Shown here in pieces: positions 1 through 13,485 of a stretch of 64,000 nt of DNA. The stretch is from Vitrella brassicaformis CCMP3155 (taxonomy: Eukaryota > Protista > Chromerida). The stretch covers positions 176,741 through 240,740 of the forward strand of contig CDMY01000897.1 of the NCBI GenBank assembly GCA_001179505.1. Reading direction: 5' to 3'. Position 1 is the first letter of the stretch. Each line of letters begins with the position of its first letter. Under the pieces are notes generated by a model, which worked only from the letters and a program-made list of their open reading frames with translations, ran no database searches and was not told where the DNA came from. The position numbers were made by a program, and so were the translations under genes.

Positions 1-3000
1 TCATCCTGGTCAGCACGCCCCTCTCCCTCTCCTGCCCCGCGCCGCCCTTGTCCCCCTCGCCGCCTCCCTTATCCGCCTCGCGCCACGCCGACACACTCGT
101 GGCGTCGATATTGTCGCCGGAGGGCCACTTCTTGCCGGGAAAGGCCGAATGCAGAGTCGCGAACGCCTCACGCACGCCCTTTGCGCGTCGTTTCTCCAGC
201 TCGTCCATGCGAGCGCCGTTGTCCTGCAGGTTCAGGGTGGAGTCGAGGGAGCCCCCGCTGCTCCGCCTCCTGGCCACGACCTCCTCTGCTGCTTGCGCCG
301 GCCGCTCCTCGTCACTGGGACCCACGGCGTTGCGGACCCGTGTGGATGGGTGGAACTTGCCTGACTCGGGAATGGTGATGGCGACCTGGTCGGTAGCCAT
401 GAGGTGGGTGGTGCCGGGCGTCATGGCCGTGGGCGGCAGATGGTTGTCGGAGAAGGACACCTTCCGGCTGTTCTGCCGCAGGCCGTTCTTGACCGTCTCG
501 ACGAGGGTGCTGGGCGGGGCGGGCGGGAAGGACACACTCGCGGACGGCACCAGGGGCAGCTGCATCGGCGAGGGAGGGGGCAGCAGCAGCTCCTCGCTTC
601 CCTTCCCTTCGCCCCTTTCCGGTGCTGGCGGGTGGTCCGGGGGTGGGCGCATTGTGAGGACCCCTCTTCTGGCCACCAGGCTCTCGAGCGACCGGGTGAC
701 GCGCTCGCCAGGGTCCCTCTCTGACTCGAGCACGATTGCTGACGGGCAAGGGGATGGGAGCGTGGGGGGAATGCACGGCGGGAAGGGGGGGTTGGTCGTG
801 GTGGTGCGGGTGGGCGGCGTCACGCCCACACACGCCCCGGTGGCCTCCGCGTCTTTGTCCTTGCCTGTGCTTGTGCCGTTCTCGTCAGCAGCAGCGGTTG
901 GGTGGTCGTTGTCTGCGGCGGAGCGCGTTGCCTCGCGCGACGGCATGGGTGGCGACTGCGATGATGTGGTTTTGGTTGGGGGGCGGGTGGTGGTGTTTGT
1001 CTTGGTGCTGTGGTGCTCGCTGTTGGTGAGTGCGATGTTGATGGTGGACGAGGTGTGCTGGGCGGGTGTGGCCTCAGTGAGGAGGTAGGTGTCCATGAGC
1101 CCCTTGCCCTTCACGTGGGTCTTGCGCGCCTCCCACTTGTAGCGGGGGTCGGACTTGACGTGCTCATACCTGACACACCACACATGGACACACACACACT
1201 CGCGAGTGTGCAACGACGCACCCCTCAATCTCTCTCTCTGTGTGTGTGTGTGTGTGCGTCTGACGTTGAGTTGGATATGTGGACGTGGTCGGCCTCGCCT
1301 GTCGTCTTCATGCGCGAGGCCGTCTGCACACACACACACACACACAGACACAGAGGGGTGCCATGCATGCCACCCACCCATCCCATGAACGCGGCAAGCC
1401 AAACGATTCACTGACTGACTGACATGTTTCTTTCCTCACTACTCACGTTGACAGTGTCCCCGAAGAGGGCATATTGGGGTTTCTTGGCGCCGACCACTCC
1501 GGCGACCACCTTGCCCGTGTGGACGCCGATCTTAACGTGCAGCACGCACTGCTCCCACTCCTGCTTCTCGGGGCACTTGCGGTCGTACATCATCTTCTTG
1601 GCGATCTGCAGCTGAGCCACGCCCATGCGGATGGCAGTCAGGGCGTCGTTCGAGGGGTCCGGCGGAGTGGCCGGCGTGGGGGCGCCGGGGTGCAGACCAC
1701 TGGCCGCCAGGTAGGTCTCTGCCACCGTCTCGATCTTCTGGCAGTTGTAGCGCTCCGCTGCGCGGTCGAACGCCCTGCATAGACAGACCCACACACAAAT
1801 GGTGGGATCGATGGCCTGTGCGAGCGTGCATGTGTGGGTGGGTGAGAGTGTAAGTGTCCTTAGTTAGTAGGCTGCGTACTTGAATACGGTGTCGAGCATT
1901 TTGACGAGTTTGGTGGGCTCCATGGAGGCGACCAACTCGTGGAAGGCGTAGATGTCGCAGAAGATGACTGACACCGTTCCAGGGTCCTCCGAGATGATCG
2001 GCCGACCAGGGCCTGAGCGAGCAAGAAACAAACACACAACCGAACCAGCCAAGCCCTCATTCACTGACTCACGCAGTGCAGACCGATCAACACGCCGAGG
2101 CCCACGTACCTGATAAGTCGAGGTATGTGTCGACGATGTGGTCAGGGAGCGACCAATTGAGGATCTCCCTCTGCCGCGCGAGTGCGTCCCGCCCCTCGGC
2201 CTCGTAAATGAATGCAATCCGCTGCTGGTACTCGAACCGGCGGCCGACGAAGGCCGAGAACGCCGTGATGCCCAGGAGAATCGGCATGTAGTCGCAGAGG
2301 ATCTGCAGCCGTTCGTCCAGTGAGTCGGAGCCGCCCGGGTTGCTCTTCTCGATGTCGTCCAAGGCATATCTGAGGGAGAAGATGGTCATGTGGGCGACGT
2401 TGATCCAGAAGGCGTAGGTGAATGGGATCCGCAGGATCACGAAGGATATCACGGGCAGCATTGCTGTCGTCTGCACGCCGTCACTCGTCTGCACAATGGG
2501 TGACCACCACACACACGCAAATCGAGAGCACATCAAGACACCGCGAACCGGTGTGTGTGTGTCCGTGTGTGTGTGTGGGGGGGGGGGGGGGNNNNNNNNN
2601 NNNNNNNNNNNNNNNNNNNNNNNNNNNNNNNNNNNNNNNNNNNNNNNNNNNNNNNNNNNNNNNNNNNNNNNNNNNNNNNNNNNNNNNNNNNNNNNNNNNN
2701 NNNNNNNNNNNNNNNNNNNNNNNNNNNNNNNNNNNNNNNNNNNNNNNNNNNNNNNNNNNNNNNNNNNNNNNNNNNNNNNNNNNNNNNNNNNNNNNNNNNN
2801 NNNNNNNNNNNNNNNNNNNNNNNNNNNNNNNNNNNNNNNNNNNNNNNNNNNNNNNNNNNNNNNNNNNNNNNNNNNNNNNNNNNNNNNNNNNGGGGGGGGG
2901 GGGGGGGGGAGACGGTGGCTCACTGACCGAGACAACGTCGATGGTGGCCTTGTAGACGAGCCCCAGGACACAGATGGTGATCATGATGCGCACGTACTGG

Positions 3001-5248
3001 TCGACGAAGAGCCTGCTCCAGGTAAATGCGAAGAACATGGCGAGGGCGAAGGAGGCGAAGTACTGGGCCACGTTGGTCTTCCACTCGATCTTGCCCCCAC
3101 CCAACTCGAAGATCGTCACGTAGCCCGCGTACATGAAGGTGATCAGGATGGCGAAACCCAGCAGGACACGGAAGAACGGCGTGTACTTCCTAAAAGTCAG
3201 ACAGACCACAGACAGACACACCCATGCAGAAGACACGGCCAGAAGGGAGTGCATTCGGTGTGTGTGCGGCTGTCTGTCTGTCTGTCTGCCAGGCACCCAC
3301 CCATCCTACCTACCTGATTTTGATTTTGAAGTGCTGCAGGTACTCCTTCTCGATCTGTTTGTCCTTGAACCGCAGCGAGAAGCGCCAGAGCATCTCGTCG
3401 ACGTTCCTCTGGCTGCCCGAGGAGGGTGTGCCGCTGACGCTGGTGCTGACGGTGCCGTCCTTGCCGTGCTCACTGCCGCCGCTGAGCTTCCAGTAGTGCA
3501 CACCGCCCGTCAGACATGCCCACGACCGATCCACCAGCAGCGACACAAAGGTCCGCCAATCACGCTTCTTGGCTGCAAGCACCATTGGTTGACACACAAA
3601 CAGACAGAGGGAGAGGGATGGAGGGGCGGGCAAGGGAGGGAGGGAGGGAGGGAGAAGGGGATGTGATGTGGTGTGGTGTGTTGTGTACCACTGCATTCGA
3701 TTTCGACTGTCCGCTGGATGGGGTTGTCGTTGGGGCTGCACTCGATGTGTCTCTGGAGTATCCTGCCCAGCTCCTCGGGCGCCAGCAGCTGCAGCAGCTT
3801 CCGACGCTCCTCAAACCACTCCTGCACCACCGTCAGGGGCGAACGGTAAAACCTGACAGACACACACATCATACAGACAGTCACACAACACATATGATTG
3901 ATCTCTTGATCTCTCTCTCTCTGTTGGCCTGGCCAGACGCTCCGCTCGCTGACCGCTTGTAGACGTGCGAGATGCCCAATTCCATCAAGAAACAGGTGGC
4001 GCAGCTGAGGAGCGTGGCGAGCCAGTACTGCGTGGCCCCGAAGAGGTGCACAGCCACGCCCTCCATGGACTTGTGGGGCCAGCCGGTGACCGAGTAGGTG
4101 AAGATGGAGGGGAAGAAGAGCACCACCGAGAAGCCCAACGTCACGCCGGCGTATAGCCAGGTCCACCGCTGGGTGCACATGGCCACCTTGATGGTGACGG
4201 TGAGGATGGTGTTGAAGAAGGCGGCTGTGCCGAGGGTCATGATGTCGACGGTCTTGCCGTTGGGGAGTGCGGTGGAGACGTCGAAGGCCAGGTAGAGGGC
4301 GCCTGCGTTGATGAGGCCGTACAGCAGACCCTGGAACACCCAGGCCGCGAAAATCCGCGAGTTGAAGCACAGATGACGCTGCCCCTGATGCACAAACACA
4401 CCACACAGCCGCCACAGAGAGAGGGAGAGTGAGAGGCGTGGCGTGCAAAGCACAGCGGAGAGAGGCTGCCAGTGGTCCATCCATCGGCCATCTAGACTCC
4501 TGTGTGCAGTGACTGCACCTCACCTGTTGGTAGAGGATGGGGACGTATGGCAGTATGTGCACGTAGATGTCCTCCTCGAGGAGGCCGTAGAGCACTATGG
4601 GCAGCGACGTCCACACCACGTTGTACGACATCAGCAGCCAGCTCTCGTACAGGGACGTGCCGCTGTAGGCGTTCAGGAAGATAAAGTAAAACTGACTCAC
4701 ACACACACGCGGAGAGAGAGAGAGAACCACAGAACAGACACGTGTGTGTTGTGTGTGGGGGTGTCTCAAAGAGAGAGGGGTGGTGGGTTGTGTGCAGTGC
4801 ACCATCGCATTGCGTACGTTAGGTAGGATGAGGCAGATGTTCTTGAAAAAGGAGTAGAGGATGACGACACTCAGCCTGACGTAGTTGAGCCTCCCGTGGA
4901 CGAACAGCAGCTTCCTGAGGAACCGGAACCGCCCGATTGCGTAGTCGCTCGCACGCACCGCCTGCATCCCTTCGTTGCCGATGATCCCCACACCCACGTC
5001 AGCCTCCTACACACACAACAGAGACCTGTCATCATCATGGCCCTCCCTCTGTGTGTGTGTGTGGTACCTGGAGCATGGAGACGTCGTTGGCACCGTCGCC
5101 GATGGCGAGAGTGGTTGGGTGCGGTTTGAGGCAGCGCTTGACCATACGGACCAGCTCGGCCTTCTGCGCGGGCGCTACGCGGCACGCCAGCACAGACTTG
5201 CACGCACACGCCATCGTCAGAAACAAGTGCTGCAAGAAAGCATCCACA

Positions 5249-5285
<37 letters not shown>

Positions 5286-6198
5286 GAAGCATGCACCTCA
5301 GAGCAGAGCAGTGCCGTGCATGTGTGTGGATGTGTGTGTACCTTACCTTCATTTCGTCCGAGTGCAGGATGTTGTAGAGGGTCCTGCCGTCGACGACGAG
5401 CACGCAGGGCTCCTTGACCTTCTCCTTCTCGCTGGCCTGGAACTTCTTGTAGACGCACCGGATGTCCTCGAGGGCAGTGGCCTCGTTGTGCGCCAGACAC
5501 TCGATGCGCCGGAAGTGCGCCTGGATCAGCTGACACGCGTAGCCCACATTCACAGCCGTCTCGCGCTTGTCGCCTGGACACATACACCGGGGGACATCGA
5601 TCCATCCATCCATCCACCCATACTGCCATGGTCGTGTGTGCGCGCGTGTGTGTAGGATGGTACCGGTGAGCATCCAGACTTTGATGCCGCCGTCAAGCAG
5701 CGCCTTAATGGTTGCGGCCACGCCCGGCTGCAGCTTGTCCTCAATCGCCGTCGCACCCAACAGCTAACACACACGTCACATGACACAGAGAGAGAGAGAA
5801 AGATGCGCGTATGTGTGTGTGTGTGTGTGTGTGCAAGGCCCAGTGAGTGCGTGTGTGAGTATTGACCCACTACCTCGAGATTTGCCTCGAAGTCTTCGGC
5901 GACCTTTTCGAGCCGCTCCTCCCTCTGCAGGAGAGAGCTCCTGGCGTCGTTGTACCGCTTGCTGAAGCTCTCGTACTCACTCTGGTCCAGACGACGGCGA
6001 GCCAACACTGCACACACACAGACAGACATAGAGAGATGGATGGTGCTGCCAGGGACGACCGGGTGTGAATGTCTGGACGTACCCATTGTCCTGAGTCCCT
6101 TGACGGCGAACTCGTTGATGTGCCGGCGGACCTTGGCGATCTGCTCGTTCTGGTTGGGCGCCAGACGCTCAAGCATTGCACTGTCGGCACCCTGCACA

Positions 6199-6238
<40 letters not shown>

Positions 6239-9200
6239 AGACACAGAGACAAACACAGAGAGAGGGAGAGGGAGATCCACCCACCAGCCCATCCCATCAC
6301 ACCACACCGTACCTTGCAGTAGAGCATGGCGCCCTCCTTGCCATGTTCCCTGACGACGATGCTCATCCTTTTCCTGTTGCTGTTGAACTCGTTGATCCCC
6401 ACGATCTGCACGGTCTGCGGCTCCCCCTGGATGTCCAAGGTGAGAGTGGTCGAGGTCCGCGGCGGGATGAGCTGGTAGCCAAGGCAGCTGGCAGCCACCA
6501 CAAAGGCTTCCTCGTCAGGATTGGCGGCCTGGTAATGGAACTGAGTCCTGCCCTTGTCGAAGTAGCTCTTGCGGATCTCGTGCACGTTGCTCGCCATCCT
6601 GATGGGGGCGGGGCGGGGCTTCTCCTGGTCGTAGTACTGGGCCGACAGCACGTGGGAGTCCACACTCATGCTGAAGTTGGCAACGTTGGTCGCGGAGCTC
6701 ACGTCAACTGCCGTCGCATTGCTCCCGCCCGTCGCGGCCATGTCATGTTCGTGTTTCTCCTGCTGCTGCTGCATGATGGCGGCCATCGAGGGATGCATCT
6801 GCTTGAGCCGCTCGGTCAGCAGCTCGCGGCCCCGCTCGATGGTGTCGTTGGTGGTGCTGTTGTTTGCGTTGACCTGGCCGGCGTGTGTGTGCCGCTGCAT
6901 GCGCCGCGAGTGTGAGAGGGGGGAGAAGGGATTGCAGTGGGAGAGCGTGCAGGGGCCCTCCTGGCTCTCTGGTCGAGATACGGGGTGCCGCTCGGAAGGG
7001 ATGACGGTGTGGCAGAGGGCCATGACTTTCAGAAACGCGTCGATCTTCTCGCTGCGCTCGTCGTTGGCCTCCAGGTCCCTGTGTGACAACAGAGAGAGAA
7101 TTCACACAGATGGATTGAGATGAAATGAGATGAGATGGGTCAGTCAGTGAAGTGCACTGGCGCAGTACAGAACGTGTGCCTCTGGTTCCCCTAGCTACCT
7201 GAGTATCCGTGGATCTTTGAAGCGGCATCGAGGGTGCGTCCGGATCGACGCAGGAGCTGACCACACACACACGCACAGACACACACACACATGCATCTTC
7301 AGTCTGGGGGATGAGTGCAGTGCGTCTAGTCTGTCCCTCCCTCCCTCCCACTTTTGCTCTCACTTACATGCTCTAGTTGACCTGGATCCCTGCGAGAATG
7401 GCGAGGGCGGGCTCTTGCCCCGTACCACCCCGTTCACCACCTCCCCCCCACCCCCGTCAGCACCCACAGGGGCCACCACCATGCAGGCCCCACACGCCTC
7501 GTCATACATGTCGCTCTCCCTGCTGGTGTACAGACCCGGGTCGGTGTAATGGTGCACCGACCGACGCACAGCCGAGTTGGCGGGCGACGAGGCGGCCGAG
7601 GCGTCCTCGCCGTCGCCCCTGCGAGAGGACACGCCCATGTCTGGCTCGGTGGTCAGGGCCTCATTGCCCACGTCCTCATTGCCGATGTCCTGCATCTGAT
7701 CGTCCAGATTGTCAGACTCGCTGGAGCTGTCGGACGAATGGTCGTCCTCGAAGGGCTGCGGGACGGGGGCGAAGGAGTGGAAGAGGTCATCCTGGCTGAG
7801 TGGGGCGGTGAGGGGCATCTGGTCGGAGTGATCGGGCATGACGATGTCCTCCCCCTCGGCGTGGTCGAGCGCGTAGTGCACCCTCGACGCCACGTTGTCC
7901 ATGTCAATCATCTCCTGGCTGACCTCGTGCGGCGGCCGTCTACCCTGGCCCTGAGAGTCGTCGTCCACAAAGTGGCGGCCGTCGTAAGGACTCAGGGCGT
8001 GCGCATCGTGCCAGGGGGTGTACTCCTCCAGTCCCATGTTGTCGCGGGAAGCCGACGCAGCATTGGTCATGGGGAGGGAGATGGGCAGCGCGGGGCTGTG
8101 GCTGCTCTCGAGCTCGTCTGCCTCCTGGGGAGTCGCGAGTCGTGGGTTGAGAGCCATCGCCAGCCCCAAATCTGGCGCAGTGGCCGTCCGCTGATACTTG
8201 CCGAAGGCAACGGCGTCAGACTGAACACATACAAACACATACACACACACATCGCCCATCCACACAGCAGATCTATCTGCGGATCGGGGCCGTGTGCGTG
8301 CCTGTGTGGCGACGGGAAAGCTTCGTGGGGGTCCGTCGTCTTGTCCGTCCATGGGCATGGGAATTGGGATGAGGGGGTCGGCGACGCGCGGCTGGGGGTG
8401 GGGATGGGCATGGGTGTGGGGGTAAGGGGGCGGCGGGGGCGGGTGTCTTGGGAGCTTGATCCTCTCCTTCTTGCCGTACTTGCGGCCAGCTATCGAACAC
8501 ATCGCAAACTCCATCTCGTTCTCTGCGACAGGGGGACAACACAACACAACACAACACACATAGGAAATGTGTCAGTCAGCGGGCTGGTCAGTCAATTGCT
8601 GCCTTGCCCTGCCCTGCCCTGGTCTGCTCTCACCGACCTGTGATTGTGCCGGTTTTGTCAGAGAAGACGTATTCGATTTGCCCAAGGTCGTCGTTGAGGT
8701 TGGCCGTCCTTGCCTGCGCCTTGACCACCGTCGACTCGCCCGGACTGCCGTCGCGCCCAGGCTCTGCCGCCCCCTTGACGTACTCCAGATCGGGGTCGTT
8801 CTCGATGAAGATAGCCTGGATGAACCGGACGAAGTCGATGGTGACACAGAGGGAGATCGGCACGAGGTTGTTGTAGAGGATGGCGAATGTGATGATGCGC
8901 AGCCAGTCGTGGTATCGTTTGACGCTCTCGCCCGCGAAGTAGAGGAACACCTCTGGCTCCTTGTCGGTGAACCGGAAGGACAGCCACACCGAGATGGCCA
9001 CCATGATGGTCAGCACCGCCGCGATGATGAAGAGGTACCAGTTGACGTCGCGCTCAATCTTGGACCGCTTGTTGCGCGGCGGGCGGGAGTTTCGGTGAAG
9101 GCGCGTGTCCACCCCTGCACACACACATCGACGACATCGACAGACGAGTGAGGGAGCTAAGTGCCAAACATCCAGCCCACCCCACACCCTCCTCTCTCGC

Positions 9201-10956
9201 CCAGCTTGGCTCACCGGTGTAGATGACGACACCGTAGAGGTACTCGGTGTTCCTGAGCCTTGACCCCTTGAGGATGAAGTTCTTGGCGTCGATGGACGTG
9301 TTGCGCGGATACTCGTCCAGCTTGAGCGTCCCAGTAAAGGTGTCCAGCCGGTTTGACGGCGGCTCGCAGCTGATCTTCCCACGCTTAGACTTGAGCGTGC
9401 CGTGCGTCTCGGCTGACGGACGAGACAGACCCCAAATCCATTCAACACGCACACAAACAGCAGTGCAGTCTGTGTTGATTACTTACTCTTGGTGTCTTCA
9501 ACGGCGTTTTTTGGTTTGAGGCTGGTTTCTCCGTCGAGCATGGCGGTCTCGACGTAGGCAATGCCTTCGGTGGGGTCGTTGGTGGCCAGGATGACCATGT
9601 CGGCAGGCACGTCGTCGCCGTCCTCCAGACGCACAATGTCGCCCACCTGCACACACCATACCATCCACACACACACACACACACACAAGACACACACCCA
9701 TGTCCAGTCCACAGTACTGAGTGTGTGTTCATTGTGAGGGTCGATGGGATGGGCGTGTAAGTGAAGTGTTTATGGTATGGTGTGTTCAGCTGACACGCAT
9801 GAAATACATAATATCAACACGATAGATCTAATGCCTCGCTGCACCACCGGCGCAGCTTAGATTCAGTGCCCGTAATCATCCCGACCACCGCCAACGCACT
9901 CCACTCACACACATGCCCCTCCATCCCATCTCATCTCTCTCCCCTCCCCTCTCCCCCACTGCCCCCACTGACCTTGACGTCAGCCCATCTGGCCCGTTTC
10001 AGTTTGTTGGAGTTTGGTTCGGGGTCGAGAATGTCGCACTTCCTGTTGTTGACCTTGACGTCGTTCTTGTACCGACGCCAATCCTCGTAACCGTCCTTCA
10101 CCATCTGATAGAGATAGAGGGATTCATTGACACACATGACATATATGACCCCCCACAGACAGACAAACAGGCAAGCCACGCCATAATCCCCTGGCTGCCC
10201 TGCCGCCTAGTTCTGCGAACGTACCGTGACGAACAAAACGATACTCAGAGGGACGATCGTCGCCCATCTGAACCGAAGTATCAAATCAAGACACACACGT
10301 ACACACACTCATGCCATGCCATGCCATGCCTCGAGCGGCCTGCCTGTCTTCGGGCAAATGTTAAAGGTGTGCCGGCCCGGCCCCTCCCTGCTCGGCTTAC
10401 GATGACGTGGGCGAGACGTTGAGCGGCAGCAGCTGCAGGATGGACACGACCAGGAACCACCAGTTGGCCCACCGATGGAACTGCTCCCACAAGTTCTTGG
10501 GCACAAAGTTCCATACCTACGCCACAGACAGACAGGGGAGCGCCAATCAGCCAACCAGCCAATCGGTCTGTCTGTCTGTCTGTCTGTCGGTCCTTTGCCC
10601 ACCCACCCTGTAGCGATTGGTGCGGACATTATTGTCAGGGAAGCTCGCGTTGTGCTCCTCCTCCTCGTCGCCGGGGGAAGCATTGATGCGAATCTAAGAA
10701 ACAGACAGACAGACAGACATCAGACACAACCGACAGGGCAATAAAGTAAGCAGTGTTGCGATGCAACGTTCTTGGCAATGGGTCAAGTCATGTGTCCGCC
10801 GTTGTCCTCTGCTCTCACCCTTCGCCAGCCGTGTCCAAGTCCGTCAGCGGGCTGATGCATGGAACTGTGAGTGTGCGACAGGCCGAAGGGGCCGAATCTC
10901 GGGGAGGTCCCCGTCTTCCGCTCCGACGACGGCAAACTCACCAGCTCCACACTCAT
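1..10956 (-). CDS. P4-type ATPase (flippase)-guanylyl cyclase fusion, alveolate GC-alpha type; multi-exon, 3' end runs off the window (second cyclase domain not included)
   Basis: Spliced exons give NNVRTNRYR-VWNFVPKNLWEQFHRWAN, VKDGYEDWRR, ETAMLDGETSLK (A domain), YVFSDKTGT (phospho-Asp), FLKVMALCHTV, EFNSNRKRMS, LYCKGADS, GATAIEDKLQ, VWMLTGDK, LAIGDGANDVSM, GIIGNEGMQAVRASDY, then TM helices and a cyclase domain (VIFCDI, KIETVAETY, KIGVHTG, PQYALFGDTVNTASRM, VKGKGLMDTYLL). Start ATG is 10956 or 10860. Confidence 0.95.
2592..2891. other. Assembly gap (300 N) flanked by poly-G, inside an intron of the GC gene
   Basis: N run with G homopolymers on both sides. Confidence 0.99.
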
Positions 10957-11293
10957 CCTCAAACCACAAGAGTAGCGGACTGCACGCCTCTTGCTTCAAG
11001 GACCAGCACCGCACGAGCCTCACTCAGATGACCGAATGGCCCTCCCGCCGCATGATCTCACAGCACCTGCTCACGTGTGCTCTCCGTCATCACATGGTTC
11101 TCCGATATCAGTCGCAAAGCTCCAATTTCCTCTCGAGATAGATCTGCGCGAGCTCACATCTGAGCTCGCAAATGAAGGAGACCGGAACAAGGAGAAATGG
11201 CCACGATGGAGGTCCGGCAGAGGCATCACTGGAGCGCTGCATGATGGCGTAATGCACGAAGAGGGTAGAGCTGATTGATCTGTTTGTGTGAGG

Positions 11294-13038
11294 ATGGTCT
11301 CGCTCGGAGGTGTGTACAACGCCGGCTTCTACGCGAACGAAGAGCGGGTGACAGGGTTCCACGTGCCGGAGGAGGCGGACGTCGCAGAGCCCAGAAGCAT
11401 ATCCAAAGAGGTGCGTGCAGGGCAGTGCATGACCGATGTCAACTCATCCATCCATCTGCCGCTGCATTTGGTGACTTGACTGCGTGGCTGCAGGAGTTGG
11501 ACAACCTGGCAGGTCGTGTGGCGCGATATTGCCTGTACAAGGTCCCCCACATCATCCGACACGACGAGCTCAAAGACGCCGTGAGTTCGTCCTCACAATG
11601 TGTGTGCGTCCAACTTGTGTGTGTGGGTGGTGTGTGCAGGTGTTACAGGACCGGGGCAACAGTCCTAGAGGGCACCTCGACGCAGCCATCAGTGAGGAAT
11701 GGACGGATGCTTGCGCGTCGTTCGTTCATTCTGTCACTTGTTGGCTCGTTCTTTCGTCAGAGCGTGGCCGCACCTGGCTGGAGCAGGGTCTCGCACTGAC
11801 CATCGTGGACCTTGACAAACACACACCAAAGATAACCAACGAGATCAAGACAGGTGAGGTGCGTGCGTCAGAGAGTGTGCCAAGGTCACACATACATGTG
11901 GATCGGCTACGTGTGGCTGGGTGTGCCTGCTTGTCTGTGTCAACTCATTCATCAGGTGGGGGCGTGTTGGCGTCCGAAGTGTCCGGGAAGCGCTACGTGG
12001 TGGTCAGCTGCTTCAGCAACCCCAAGCACGCAAGCGCACTCGTCACCAAAGGTAACCACACATCGGCCGAGCAGCCCTGCCACCCTCCCAACCAATCGAG
12101 TCGGCTCCGTCTGTCTGTCTGTCTGTGTGCAGATAGCGACCATTTGGCTCGGGGGTTCTTCATCTCGTGCCTCATGGTGCCCTGGATGTACCGTGGCCTC
12201 GCGCCGCTGAAATTCTGTACGGCTCTGCACGCACGCACACTCCCACCGACACACACATACAGACAGACAGACAGGTGTTTTATGGATGTCGGATGGGTGT
12301 GTGCAGCTGAGGTGAAGGAGGCCTTGGTCAAGCTGAAGCGAGAAGACTTCTTCCAAGTGGAAGACGGTCAGCCAAGCGGCCACGCAGGCAGTGCAGTGCC
12401 TATACAACACATAACACACCACAGCATAAGAGGGACACACACACACACATGGCACATAAGGAATGCCGCTCTCTGTCTGTCTGTCTGTATGTCTGTCTGT
12501 CTCTATGTGTCTGGTTCCCTCCTCTGTCTGTGCGTGGCCAGGTGCCAAGGAGCCGCAGGTGGCGAAGGCGCTGAACCACCTGCGCAAGCTTAATCTGGTA
12601 CGTGTGAGCACCGACCAGGCACCAGGGGCAGGGGGGCATGCGCCGCCACAGAGCAAAGAACAGGTCGGCACACACACACTCAAGGGACACTCGAGTGCCC
12701 CTCTATCCATCCATCCATTCATCCATCCATCCGCCCATTCAGGAGCTGCATTACACCGACGACATGTGGCTGCACCCCGGCCCTCGGTTCGAAGTGGAGT
12801 CCAAACGTCAGCAACACACACAGAACTACACAGCCGCACCGAACCCAGTCCAGCTTAGCTAGCTCGTGCACCTGATTGATTGTGCTGTCTGTGTCGTGTG
12901 GATGCATCGGTGCCTGCAGATTTGTTTGAGTCGATTGCCGAGTCGCTCAACGATCGGTTCGGGCTGGAGGGGGAGAGCGAGGTGCCCGACAGGATGGACC
13001 AGGCGCAAGACCAGGACGTCGATATGGCCGACGGATGA
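11294..13038 (+). CDS. MAGE-domain protein, probable NSE3 subunit of the SMC5/6 complex (about 10 exons)
   Basis: Spliced ELDNLAGRVARYCLYKVPHIIRHDELKDAVLQ...AAIKRGRTWLEQGLALTIVDLD...KRYVVVS...ARGFFISCLM...EVKEALVKL...LRKLNLVRV...WLHPGPRFEVESK follows the MAGE/NSE3 pattern, including the C-terminal GPR-x3-E motif. Confidence 0.65.
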
Positions 13039-13485
13039 ACGAATGGATGGATGGATGGCCGGCCACGCCACCGTCATGTATATGTGTGTGCCTATACCTG
13101 TCATGTGGATGTGTGTAGAAAGCTAGACTGACTTGAGAGCCTCATTGATTCGTTGCAGGCGCGGCGCGCGTGTGTGTACAGTTTTGCCATGGGTGCCATG
13201 GCAGACAGAACACAGCGTGCTGTGCTTGGATTTGGGAGTAGGGCTATCCACGCATCCGTCCATCCATCCGTCCGTCCATTCATCCATCCATCCAGTCGCC
13301 AAATCGCTCGCTACCTATGCAAGCACAAACCACCCACTCGAGCCATGGGAAACAGTCGCCCGGCCCGGCAATCATCTCAATACATCCCCCAACCAACCAA
13401 CCAACCAACTGACCAACCAACCAGTCGGTTAATTCTGTCTACCGTCCCCCCTCTATTTACATGTATGTGTCTGTCTGTCTGTCAG

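Noticed and set aside
48-1088. 346-aa plus-strand ORF
   Set aside because: Antisense shadow of the open minus-strand linker exon following the first cyclase domain
2087-3317. Long ORFs spanning N runs (also at 37901-38848 and 57564-58788)
   Set aside because: Artefacts of translating through assembly gaps
7549-8643. 364-aa plus-strand ORF
   Set aside because: Antisense shadow of the GC-rich ATPase insertion exon; no independent motifs
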